From Candidatus Micrarchaeota archaeon (GTDB taxonomy: Archaea > Iainarchaeota > Iainarchaeia > Iainarchaeales > JAGVWC01): a stretch of 35,875 nucleotides of DNA. Of this stretch, positions 1-7,754 are shown piece after piece; position 1 is the stretch's first letter; each line of letters opens with the position of its first letter. The notes under the pieces were generated by a model, which was not told the origin of the DNA, searched no databases, and saw nothing but the letters and a program-made list of their open reading frames with translations. Location of the stretch: the NCBI GenBank assembly GCA_018813975.1, contig JAHJAQ010000117.1:1-35875 (forward strand). Direction: 5' to 3'. Both the position numbers and the translations under genes were made by a program.

Positions 1-156
1 CATTTCTGGCAAGGTTTTGTAAATCAATTCCACATCTTCTAACTGCACGTTTTCCAGTCCTGTTTTTTTGTTTCGATAATTAACATCTTGGTTTCGCACG
101 GTTTCCAAATGCTCTATTTTTCGATTTTCCGTTATTTTCGCATCAATGTCTGGCAT
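1..156 (-). CDS. fni: Type 2 isopentenyl-diphosphate delta-isomerase (IDI-2), N-terminal 52 codons only; the gene runs off the left edge
   Basis: Not in the ORF track because it is truncated. A reverse-strand ATG at 156..154 opens a frame that stays open to base 1: MPDIDAKITENRKIEHLETVRNQDVNYRNKKTGLENVQLEDVELIYKTLPEM. The RKxEH ... TGL ... LPE pattern resembles the IDI-2/Fni N-terminus. TTTAAAA at 182..188 lies 26-32 nt upstream of the ATG. Confidence 0.55.
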   Translation of the reverse strand, partial: MPDIDAKITENRKIEHLETVRNQDVNYRNKKTGLENVQLEDVELIYKTLPEM

Positions 157-220
157 GGTAATCACTTTGGGGGTTTATTCCTTTAAAATTCATCGGACAA
201 GACAACAGCAAAATTGCCTG

Positions 221-260
221 AAAAAGTGAAAAAAATCATGGAAAAACTCTTTTAGTTTTT
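221..260 (-). terminator. Hairpin plus oligo-U terminator candidate downstream of the HAD gene
   Basis: On the minus-strand RNA, AAAAACU-AAAAG-AGUUUUU (242..260; 7-bp stem) is followed by CCAUGA, U7 (229..235) and U5 (221..225). Confidence 0.35.
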
Positions 261-296
261 CTAAGACTCTTTTTCTGCTTTTTGGTTTTTTAGGCA

Positions 297-1004
297 TTAT
301 CCTCTCCGTGGTCGCGTTAAAATGGGTTTTCCAACGTTTTTTCGCGGTTTGTTGAGTGCTTTAGTCAGTTCGCGGTCTGGATTCATGGGGTCAAACCGTA
401 TGCGTGCTGCCGTGGCTGAGCGGAGGTCGCTGAGGGAATCCCCCACCATACGAACTTGGTTTTTGGGTACTTTGAACCGTTTTCCTAATCTTGCCAAAAA
501 ATCTTTTTTGAATTGGTGGGCGTTGCTGGCATTGGTTTCTCCGGTGTAGTGCCCACCGCGACTTTTGAACCAGCTGCCCTGATAATAATCGAATGGAATC
601 TTGAGCGTTTTTCCCATGGCCGTAATCAGTTCGTTGGATGAGAGGCTGAGCAAGGCAATTTTTTTTCCTTGTTTTTTCAAGCGGCGAAGTAACTCGATGC
701 TCTTTGGAAAAAACTTTTTTTTATTCTTTCTAACAAACGCTTGGGCGTCATCAAAAATCTGGGTAGTGGATTGGCCTTGAATCCCTTTTCCAAACAAGTC
801 AACCGCGGCTTGAGCGGCTTGTTTGTAGGGCCTCTTTCCGGCCCGATATTCTGCTAGGTTGTGTAAAAATTCTTTGTGAACATTTGGATCAAATCGTTTT
901 CGCGCCACTAAATAAGCAGCAAAATCTACTAGGAGGTGTCCATCATAGATTGGGCCGTCCACATCAAATGCAAAAACTTTCGGATTTGCCATATTAAAAA
1001 CCAT
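297..1004 (-). CDS. HAD-superfamily hydrolase (subfamily IB, SerB-like phosphatase fold)
   Basis: Motif I is FAFDVDGP (DxD nucleophile). A conserved S/T region follows (LLSLSSN), then K ... GDSLSDL (motif IV). The second ATG at 992 (MANPK...) is the more likely start: a TATA-like CTAAAAAAG on the coding strand lies about 19-29 nt upstream of it. Confidence 0.7.
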   Translation of the reverse strand: MVFNMANPKVFAFDVDGPIYDGHLLVDFAAYLVARKRFDPNVHKEFLHNLAEYRAGKRPYKQAAQAAVDLFGKGIQGQSTTQIFDDAQAFVRKNKKKFFPKSIELLRRLKKQGKKIALLSLSSNELITAMGKTLKIPFDYYQGSWFKSRGGHYTGETNASNAHQFKKDFLARLGKRFKVPKNQVRMVGDSLSDLRSATAARIRFDPMNPDRELTKALNKPRKNVGKPILTRPRRG

Positions 1005-1102
1005 AAAAAGACTTTTTTAGAATTTCAAACACTTTTTTTCCTTTTTGGGGTGTTTTTTCCTCCTTTTATGCTCCTTTTGGGCTAGGGGCCTTGCAGAACG
1101 AA

Positions 1103-1131
1103 TGAAAAGACCAAAAGAAAGAATCTTTCGG
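1103..1131 (-). terminator. Weak hairpin plus U-rich tract downstream of the PMK gene
   Basis: GAAAG-AUU-CUUUC (1117..1129, extendable to CCGAAAG/CUUUUGG with one mismatch), followed on the minus strand by UUUUGGUCUUUUC. Confidence 0.25.
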
Positions 1132-1154
1132 AATTTCTAACACTCTTTTTCCAT

Positions 1155-2279
1155 TTATTGGGTGGCTTTTTTGGCAATATTGGCTTGTACGGGTTCAATG
1201 CCAGCTTTCTTCCACTCGGCTTCAATCACTTGACGGGTGTGAGAATCAAAACAAATTCCAATTCCAACGCCACCGCCGCCCCCACCGGAAAACTTTCCGG
1301 CAGCATTGTTTTGTTCTGCAATATCTGCTAGTTTAGCTAGGGCGGATGTTTCTAATTCTATGCCAGAGATGTGTGCTAGTTCCTGTAAGGCTCTTCGGTT
1401 TTTTTGTAATTGTGCAATAATCTTTTCTTTTTCGTTGTTTTGCATGGCCGGAACCAATTCTTCTACAATTTGTTTGATTTCATTCATTGTTTTCCAGTAT
1501 GCTTCTTTTTGCTCTTCTTTACACGCGTGTACTTTTTTAATCATTACTTTGGTGCTGGTATCTGGACCAGTATATCCAATAAGTAATTGAAAGTCTGGGG
1601 GTATTTCTAGCGAGTCCAAATGCAGGCTTGGCCAATCAGAATCAGCAATTTCTGCAATGTTTTTTCCTGAATTGAATTGTTCTTGCAACCATTTGGGATC
1701 AAATCGCTTGTACAAAACAATTCCCTCTACAGTAGAAGCGGCAATATCCACACTGCTTCCTACTTTTCCTTGGGCTTCAAAGTGAGCCATGCAGGCAAGT
1801 TTGAATACAAGTTCCACTCCTTGTTTGCTTTTGATTTCAGTTTCATGCAAGCTTAAAATGGCTTTTACAATAGCAACCACTGCCGCCCCGCTACTACCAA
1901 ATCCGAGTGTTTTAGTGGAACCATCCGGTAATTGTACAAATGATTCTTCCGAGCTAGTAGAAATACTAAACTTCTGAATCTTTTTTTCTTTTGCTTTTAA
2001 ATATTGCAGTGCTGTTGTAATCGCATATTGGGCCATTAACAATTTTTCTTTTTCTTCTTCACGCAAAGCACTTTTCCACTGGAGTTTTTCCCCATCAAAA
2101 ACGGCTTCTTTTTTTTCGAGTTTCAAATCTGGTGCAAAAACCGAGATGATTTCACTGGGTTCTAATTTAACTTGTACTTTTTTGTCAATTGCCATGACAA
2201 TGCCAGGAATTCCCAGTTCTAAACAGGCCCATTCTCCCGCCAGCATTAGTTTTCCGGGTGCTTCTGTTTGAATAGTCAT
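1155..2279 (-). CDS. mvaK2: Phosphomevalonate kinase (ERG8/MvaK2-type GHMP kinase)
   Basis: N-terminus APGKLMLAGEWACLE; GHMP motif II LGFGSSGAAVVAIVKA; GSSVDIAAS; C-terminal Gly-rich loop SGGGGGGVG. GGAGG (rc of 2287..2291) lies 7 nt upstream of the ATG. Confidence 0.8.
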   Translation of the reverse strand: MTIQTEAPGKLMLAGEWACLELGIPGIVMAIDKKVQVKLEPSEIISVFAPDLKLEKKEAVFDGEKLQWKSALREEEKEKLLMAQYAITTALQYLKAKEKKIQKFSISTSSEESFVQLPDGSTKTLGFGSSGAAVVAIVKAILSLHETEIKSKQGVELVFKLACMAHFEAQGKVGSSVDIAASTVEGIVLYKRFDPKWLQEQFNSGKNIAEIADSDWPSLHLDSLEIPPDFQLLIGYTGPDTSTKVMIKKVHACKEEQKEAYWKTMNEIKQIVEELVPAMQNNEKEKIIAQLQKNRRALQELAHISGIELETSALAKLADIAEQNNAAGKFSGGGGGGVGIGICFDSHTRQVIEAEWKKAGIEPVQANIAKKATQ

Positions 2280-2290
2280 TTTTTTACCTC

Positions 2291-3289
2291 CTAAAACAAG
2301 TGCTCTTCAATTATTTTTGCTGCTGGCCCTGGTTTGCACACTTCAATTTTTTGAATTCCTTTTATTTCATGCAATCGCTTTATCAATTCGGATTCGTCTT
2401 TTGCCAAACACATTACTTTTACTTGGGGCCCAGCATCCATTGTGAAATAACTTTCCAGCCCTTCTTCTCGCCACAAGGCAATGTTATGCATGATTTCCAC
2501 TGTAGTGGGTTGCCAATACAGTATCATGGGCTGCGTGGTAATCATAGTCGCGTGCATTTTGAGGGCATTAAATTCTGCTAGTTCCCCTACTTTAGTGAAG
2601 TCTTTTTGTTTGATAAATTCAGTCATTTGTTCGGAATCGTTTTGCGCGGTTTCTTTCCACATAGGATAATACGGGCACGTAGCGACTGTTTGAGCCATTC
2701 CAGCCCGGCTTTTCCATTTTTTTTGCTGGGTTCCCACAATATTTACAATCATTCTGAATTCGGACCATGCTTCCGGCTTTAAAATTTGCTCTGCAAAAGA
2801 ATCTTTTCCTTCAGAGTCTTCTCCTCTTAACCATTGTACAAAACCGCCTTCAATACTCCTAGAAGCAGAACCAGAGCCCCTCCTGGAAAGAATGGATAAT
2901 TCTTTTTTATCTAGGTTTAATCCTGCAGCTTTTGCTCCCGCCATGCTTAAAGCAGCCAATCCGGAAGCACTGCTTGCTAAGCCTGCTGCAGTTGGAAAAT
3001 TATTATTGCTTGAAACTTTTGTCTTAGTGGAAATGCCCGCCATTTCTCGAATTAAATCCAAGTGTTCACGGATTTCTTTTCCTTCTTTACTGTCCGCAGC
3101 CATTTTCTCTCCATTCAAAATAATTTCATCCGTCCCATATTTTTCATCAAACTCTACTGTGGTTTGAGTATAGAATTTGTCCAAGGTCATGGACGTGCTA
3201 CCATTATTGGGTAGCATCCATTTTTTGTCGCGTTTTCCCCAATACTTGGTTAACGCGATATTCGAGTGTGCTTGTGCTGTTGCTTTCAT
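2291..3289 (-). CDS. mvaD: Diphosphomevalonate decarboxylase (MDD family)
   Basis: SNIALTKYWGKRD, PTAAGLASSASGLAAL and RRGSGSASRSIEGGFVQW are classic MDD motifs. Its ATG overlaps the stop of the upstream HD gene (ATGA at 3289..3286). Confidence 0.85.
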   Translation of the reverse strand: MKATAQAHSNIALTKYWGKRDKKWMLPNNGSTSMTLDKFYTQTTVEFDEKYGTDEIILNGEKMAADSKEGKEIREHLDLIREMAGISTKTKVSSNNNFPTAAGLASSASGLAALSMAGAKAAGLNLDKKELSILSRRGSGSASRSIEGGFVQWLRGEDSEGKDSFAEQILKPEAWSEFRMIVNIVGTQQKKWKSRAGMAQTVATCPYYPMWKETAQNDSEQMTEFIKQKDFTKVGELAEFNALKMHATMITTQPMILYWQPTTVEIMHNIALWREEGLESYFTMDAGPQVKVMCLAKDESELIKRLHEIKGIQKIEVCKPGPAAKIIEEHLF

Positions 3290-4062
3290 TTTTTTATCAA
3301 CCTCTCAAATAATTTAAACTTCTTTCCAGTTATGTATAAGAGGGCTTCTTTTTTGTATTTTTTGCCCTTGCTATAAGTGGGATTAAAACTTTTTATAATT
3401 TCATTGATTGTTTTTCCTTTTTTTTGAACGTTTTCCGTGCAATGCTCAATCAATTCTAGTAACCAGGGCTCTTTTTTTTGGGTTGCTTCTAGGGATTCTT
3501 TAGACCATGCAAACTGGTATTCCGTTAATTTCCTGAATTTTTCCTGAAAAACGCTTGGATTGAATTTTTTGATGCGAACCGAGTGTTGGTATTCCATTGC
3601 GTCTATTGCATTCCAGTCTTTATAATCATCTACTTCTTGTACAAAGAGCGCTCTTCGAAATACTACTTGGGCCCCCATTTGTTCTAAGATTTTATCCGCC
3701 AAAAAAACCACTTGTTTTTGCATGTTCTGTTCTCCTTTGAGGTGCATTGCAACTAATTCAACAATTTTTCTTTGATCTTCTTCTGCCAATGAGAATTTTT
3801 TTAGTAGCTTTTTTGAAAGGAGGATTGAACTTTCTGTATGATCTTTTTTTTCGGTTTTAGGCCTGCCTAAATCATGAACTAATCCCGCAATGTACGCGCG
3901 TTCTTGTTCGTGCGAACTCATTCCTAATTGCTTTGCAAACCATTTGGCTCCGATTGCCACTCTTTTTGCATGTAAAAAATCGTGGCTTTTAAACTCCGTT
4001 TTGCTTTCCCGCTCTTTAACTGCTTTTTCAATTTCTTGAGTGGGTAATTTTTTTTCTTTCAT
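3286..4062 (-). CDS. HD-domain metal-dependent phosphohydrolase
   Basis: H...(FLHAKRV) then LVHDLGRP (HD dyad), plus downstream H/D residues. Translationally coupled (ATGA) to the MDD gene. Confidence 0.7.
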   Translation of the reverse strand: MKEKKLPTQEIEKAVKERESKTEFKSHDFLHAKRVAIGAKWFAKQLGMSSHEQERAYIAGLVHDLGRPKTEKKDHTESSILLSKKLLKKFSLAEEDQRKIVELVAMHLKGEQNMQKQVVFLADKILEQMGAQVVFRRALFVQEVDDYKDWNAIDAMEYQHSVRIKKFNPSVFQEKFRKLTEYQFAWSKESLEATQKKEPWLLELIEHCTENVQKKGKTINEIIKSFNPTYSKGKKYKKEALLYITGKKFKLFERLIKK

Positions 4063-4106
4063 AGCTTGCCTCTTAATTTGGTTAATATTAAAAATCAGTT
4101 TTTATG

Positions 4107-4973
4107 TTATGGTTTAACTGCTTTCATGATCATTACTGGATAGGTTATCTCATAGTGGTCTCCACCCACTTTTTTGATTTGGTATGCTCTTCGTGCATCG
4201 GGAAATCTTTCGAGTAATCTTTCTAGTGCTTGAACATATTCTCTTACTTTTCCGGCCGGCATTTGGTTGCTTTTTACCCAATCTCTTGTATTTACTTTAG
4301 AAGTCGTCATTTCTACTTCCGTCACGTTAAAACCGGCCTGTTGCATCATTTTTCTCCATCCTTTTTCAGTGGGTACATTGTTTCTAGTAAAAAAGTCTCC
4401 TGTTGCGTGGTTTTTGGCAATGCGTTCTGCATTTTGGAATTCTTGTAATCCTTCTGGTGAAACCATATCCATTAGCACAAACACCCCGCCACGTTTCATG
4501 ATACGATTGGTTTCGCGTAGGATTATCATTTGTTCTTTTTGCGGAACGTTTTTAACCGCAAAACGCGAAACCGCATGGGTATACGTGTTTTCCCATCGAA
4601 GGGTTCTCCTTAAATCTGCGGCATGGGTTGCTCTAAGGGGCCCTCTGGCCACTTCGCTTAAAGCGCCCGGAGAAAGATCAATAAAACTGGGAATCACACT
4701 GGCGCCTCTTTTTCTTAGAGCTGCAGCTACTTTACTTCCAACCAATCCCCTTCCAGACCCCAAATCAACTAGTTTTACCCCTAATTGTCCGCGTTTTACG
4801 CCCATCATGCGTGCTATTGTATTATAGACATCTGTTCGTCGATAAATCGCGGGTCCTTTTGCGTGAACAACCGTAGCATACTTTCTTGCAGTTCCAGTTC
4901 TAAAATCGGTTCTTTTTCGCCCTTGTTGTCCGGCTCTTTTTGGTCCGGTTCCGCTACCACTAGTTTTCAGCAT
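4107..4973 (-). CDS. Class I SAM-dependent methyltransferase (UbiE/Methyltransf_11-like) with a basic Arg-rich N-terminal tail
   Basis: Motif I VKLVDLGSGRGLVG; post-I acidic FIDLS; motif RIMKRGGVFVLMDM. C-terminal W...R...F...A-K-P extension as in YcgJ-type methyltransferases. Visibly higher GC than its neighbours. Confidence 0.7.
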   Translation of the reverse strand: MLKTSGSGTGPKRAGQQGRKRTDFRTGTARKYATVVHAKGPAIYRRTDVYNTIARMMGVKRGQLGVKLVDLGSGRGLVGSKVAAALRKRGASVIPSFIDLSPGALSEVARGPLRATHAADLRRTLRWENTYTHAVSRFAVKNVPQKEQMIILRETNRIMKRGGVFVLMDMVSPEGLQEFQNAERIAKNHATGDFFTRNNVPTEKGWRKMMQQAGFNVTEVEMTTSKVNTRDWVKSNQMPAGKVREYVQALERLLERFPDARRAYQIKKVGGDHYEITYPVMIMKAVKP

Positions 4974-5006
4974 TTTATCCCTTGTATATTTGGGTTTCTG
5001 ATTTTT

Positions 5007-5579
5007 TTATTCTTTTTGTGCCACTACCATCCAGTTCACATTTCCAGTGTCTTTTTCTCCTGGTTTGGCAAAAGGATATTCTGCTCCGTCAGTGTTAAAA
5101 CCGTATTGTCGAGCACCTTCTGCCATGGCTTTTCCTTCTCGATACGCTCGATTTCGATAGCCCGCTACATTCAAAAGGCGTGGTTGGTCTTCTCTTTCTC
5201 TTTCCATCCAATCCCTGTTTTTTCGGCACCACGTAAAAAAATTAAATTCCTTTGAGTTTTCAATATCTCGCCATAGTTTTTGTTTAACGTGTTCTGGATA
5301 ATCAAAATAGCGTGGTCCCATCCAAAAATTCAGGAACGAAACATATGCATCAAATATGGTTACTGGTCTTCCTTCAGCACGGGCAATTACTGTTCTTTTT
5401 AGCTCTGGCACTTTAACTGTTGGGCTGGTGGCTTCTGCACTACCCCATTCCCAATCCACAAATACTCCTTTTGGTTTTAGTAGGCGTCGCACGCTTCTTA
5501 ATAAGGGGGATAAATCATTTGCAAAGTTGATGGTGGAAGCGCCGGCAGTAATCATATCTACTTTTCCGATTAAATCCAA
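5007..5579 (-). CDS. SAM-dependent methyltransferase, C-terminal part (motifs IV-VI plus C-terminal extension); same frame as 5610..6335
   Basis: VDMITAGASTINFA and LLKPKGVFVDWEW are the later Rossmann-fold methyltransferase motifs. There is no own SD or TATA. Possible starts are TTG 5579 or ATG 5555. It is probably half of a disrupted or recoded single gene spanning 5007..6335. Confidence 0.5.
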   Translation of the reverse strand: MDLIGKVDMITAGASTINFANDLSPLLRSVRRLLKPKGVFVDWEWGSAEATSPTVKVPELKRTVIARAEGRPVTIFDAYVSFLNFWMGPRYFDYPEHVKQKLWRDIENSKEFNFFTWCRKNRDWMEREREDQPRLLNVAGYRNRAYREGKAMAEGARQYGFNTDGAEYPFAKPGEKDTGNVNWMVVAQKE

Positions 5580-5609
5580 GAATTGTTTGGTGTATCGTTG
5601 CTGTCCTTT

Positions 5610-6335
5610 TTAATGAAAGGGTCTTCTCATTTGTTTGAATGCAACTGCCGCACTATAAAAGCTGGCGGGCAGCACTAGAATGTTTCGCTTTGGAATTCCC
5701 AATCCCACTAGTTGGGGAACCGCATGTTCTCGCACCACTCGTTCGTTTATATCCACTAAAACCACTTTCAATTGTTTTCTTTGCTCGGGACTTAATCCTT
5801 TTACCGCACCAACAATAGTTCCGCCTGCAAACGTTCCAATATCCAAAATGGTTCTGGGTTTTATTTGATTTCCAAAAAATCGTTTTGTAATCCTTCCGAC
5901 TCGATCGTTCATGAGATTGGGATTTCCTTTTCCCGCCTTAGCAATAGTATCAATGTATGCTTTTGGAGCAGTTGCCCAAAATTTGCTTCCTTTGATTCCC
6001 CTTTCTCGAATAGCCTCCCATACGGTTTTTTCGAATCCCCTTGCCAGACTTGGATAGCGCTTTAACAATCGAGTAATGGGTGGAAGACGTTGCAATTGTC
6101 CAATTACCGCCGGAATGTTTACAAAACTAGCCACGTTTTCTCTTGGCAATTTGGATAACTCGTGTTCAATATGATAGAGGGGATAGCCTTTTTTTGGTCC
6201 TTGGTGTGAGTGGGGATGAAAGCGTGCTTGAATCATTGGATGGCTTGCCTCTACAAGCGGTCGTTTGTTGCTTGTTCCCATTGCTTGGGCGATTTTTCGA
6301 GCTAATTGTCTTTTTCGGACCGTTTTAGAGGGCAT
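5610..6335 (-). CDS. SAM-dependent methyltransferase, N-terminal part (unknown ~165 aa domain plus Rossmann motifs I-II), ending at an in-frame TAA
   Basis: ILDIGTFAGGTIVG (motif I) and VVLVDINERV (motif II). The frame continues directly into ORF 5007..5579 after a single TAA (5612..5610). Confidence 0.6.
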   Translation of the reverse strand: MPSKTVRKRQLARKIAQAMGTSNKRPLVEASHPMIQARFHPHSHQGPKKGYPLYHIEHELSKLPRENVASFVNIPAVIGQLQRLPPITRLLKRYPSLARGFEKTVWEAIRERGIKGSKFWATAPKAYIDTIAKAGKGNPNLMNDRVGRITKRFFGNQIKPRTILDIGTFAGGTIVGAVKGLSPEQRKQLKVVLVDINERVVREHAVPQLVGLGIPKRNILVLPASFYSAAVAFKQMRRPFH

Positions 6336-6365
6336 ACAACAAAAAACCGTTTCTGCTATAAAACA

Positions 6366-7292
6366 TTATCCAACCGTGGTTTGAACGGTTGTGAATCCTT
6401 TTTCTTGCATTGCTTTTGCCACTTTTTCTTGTAATGCTGCTCCTGGCGTTAATGCAATCATATACCCTCCGCCACCGCCACCCGTCATTTTAGCGCCGAT
6501 TGCGCCGTTTTCGCGTGCAATTGCAATCAATTCTTCTAACTTTGGATGCGATACACCAATTTCTTGTAACAATTCGTGATTGCGGTTCATTAGTGTTCCC
6601 AATTCTTCAATATTTCCATTGGCAAATGCTTCTTTTGCTTTTAGTGCAATTTGTTCTGCTTCTTCAAATAATGGATTGTATTTTGCTGGTTCTTTTTCTT
6701 TTCGTTCTTGTACGCCCAACACCAATTTTTTAGTATCCCCCACGACTCCAGTGTTTCCCATTACAATTTCTACTGGACCAGCGCTCTTCATTTTTTCAAA
6801 AGTGGGGGGATTTCCGCGCTGATACCACAATAATCCGCCAAACGTGGCAGCTGTATTATCAATTCCGGATGGTTTTCCATGGTACCCCAATTCCCCTTGA
6901 AACGCAACCTCATTAATCTGATCATTGTTTAATCCTTTTTTGAAATGCTCGTTTAGGGCGCGTGCAATGGCGGCACAACTCGCGGCACTGGCCCCCACCC
7001 CACTAGCAGCTAACAAATCCCCTGTCAAGGTAATTCGAATAGGGGTTTCTTTTGGGTTAATTTGCATGGCTTTGAAAATATATTGTAAGGATTCTTTTTG
7101 CTGTTCAAATTTTTCTTGTTTGTAACCGGGTGTTTCCGGGCGTTTATCCACTAATTCATAATTTTCTCCTTCAATTGCTTCTACGATTGCAGTGGTTTTT
7201 GAATTGATACCGCACACTATTGCGTGGTTTCCGGAAACCACAAAGTGTTCGCCAAACAAGATTACTTTTCCAAATCCTTCTCCGTATGCCAT
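6366..7292 (-). CDS. mvk: Mevalonate kinase
   Basis: MAYGEGFGKVILFGEHFVV; GHMP motif DLLAASGVGASAASCAAIARAL; GKPSGIDNTAATFGG; C-terminal MTGGGGGGYM. The tracked ORF extends to 7493, but that extension overlaps the DUF35 gene and has no MVK similarity. The ATG at 7292 matches the MVK N-terminus. Confidence 0.85.
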   Translation of the reverse strand: MAYGEGFGKVILFGEHFVVSGNHAIVCGINSKTTAIVEAIEGENYELVDKRPETPGYKQEKFEQQKESLQYIFKAMQINPKETPIRITLTGDLLAASGVGASAASCAAIARALNEHFKKGLNNDQINEVAFQGELGYHGKPSGIDNTAATFGGLLWYQRGNPPTFEKMKSAGPVEIVMGNTGVVGDTKKLVLGVQERKEKEPAKYNPLFEEAEQIALKAKEAFANGNIEELGTLMNRNHELLQEIGVSHPKLEELIAIARENGAIGAKMTGGGGGGYMIALTPGAALQEKVAKAMQEKGFTTVQTTVG

Positions 7293-7351
7293 AAAATCAC
7301 TATCAACTAAGATAACAAATTTTTTTAAGAACAAAAAGTTATGTAGCAATA

Positions 7352-7753
7352 TTAACTTACTTTGAACTTGTAACCGTAGGCAATCGCGCCTTCGTGGTCG
7401 GTGTCTTGGATTTTGCGGAACACTTTTTTTACTTGGGCCCCGGTCTTGATTTTTTCTTTTGGTGAATCCACGATCTGGCTTAAAATCATGCACTTGTTTC
7501 CCAAGTCAATTAACGCTAAAAAGTATGGGGTTTCGTGCTGGAATCCAATCGGTCCTACAAATACCTCTGTGAAAGAAACGATTTTTCCAGTGCGCGGCAT
7601 TTCTTTTGAAACCATTTTTCCTTTTCGCCTGCAATTCGGACAAAACAATCGGCCTGGAAAAAAATCGGTTTTACAGGTTTCACAATGACAACCGCGTAAT
7701 AAGTACCGCTCCGGATACCGTCTCCAATGAATTGCAATTGCATTATCTGCCAT
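7352..7753 (-). CDS. DUF35 OB-fold/zinc-ribbon protein (scaffold of the archaeal thiolase/HMG-CoA synthase complex)
   Basis: Rubredoxin-like CETCKTDFFPGRLFCPNCRRKG followed by an OB-fold-like C-terminus. It starts 1 nt after the thiolase stop. Confidence 0.8.
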   Translation of the reverse strand: MADNAIAIHWRRYPERYLLRGCHCETCKTDFFPGRLFCPNCRRKGKMVSKEMPRTGKIVSFTEVFVGPIGFQHETPYFLALIDLGNKCMILSQIVDSPKEKIKTGAQVKKVFRKIQDTDHEGAIAYGYKFKVS

Positions 7754-7754
7754 T

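Noticed and set aside
1045-1075. An AAGGAGG-like SD on the minus strand (rc of about 1052..1060) in the PMK/HAD spacer, considered as evidence for a missed small ORF.
   Set aside because: No ATG, GTG or TTG-initiated ORF of meaningful length follows it before the HAD start.
4267-5255. Long plus-strand ORFs (186 aa and 156 aa) antisense to the methyltransferase genes. Similar antisense ORFs occur at 21210..21767, 24650..25135, 34985..35407 and 35420..35761.
   Set aside because: Each lies opposite a gene with clear family motifs. Their products are low-complexity (F/S/L/C-rich) with no recognisable motifs or start signals. They look like typical shadow ORFs.
5610-5612. The in-frame stop as pyrrolysine, selenocysteine or a reassigned codon.
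   Set aside because: The codon is TAA, not TAG (Pyl) or TGA (Sec). TAA also terminates conserved-length genes in this window, for example PMK at 1155..1157 and HAD at 297..299. A global reassignment is therefore not supported.
7293-7493. A 67-codon N-terminal extension of the mevalonate kinase ORF.
   Set aside because: It overlaps the DUF35 gene in another frame and is Arg/Pro-rich nonsense. The canonical MVK N-terminus (MAYGEGFGKVILFGEH) begins at ATG 7292, preceded by a TATA-like box.
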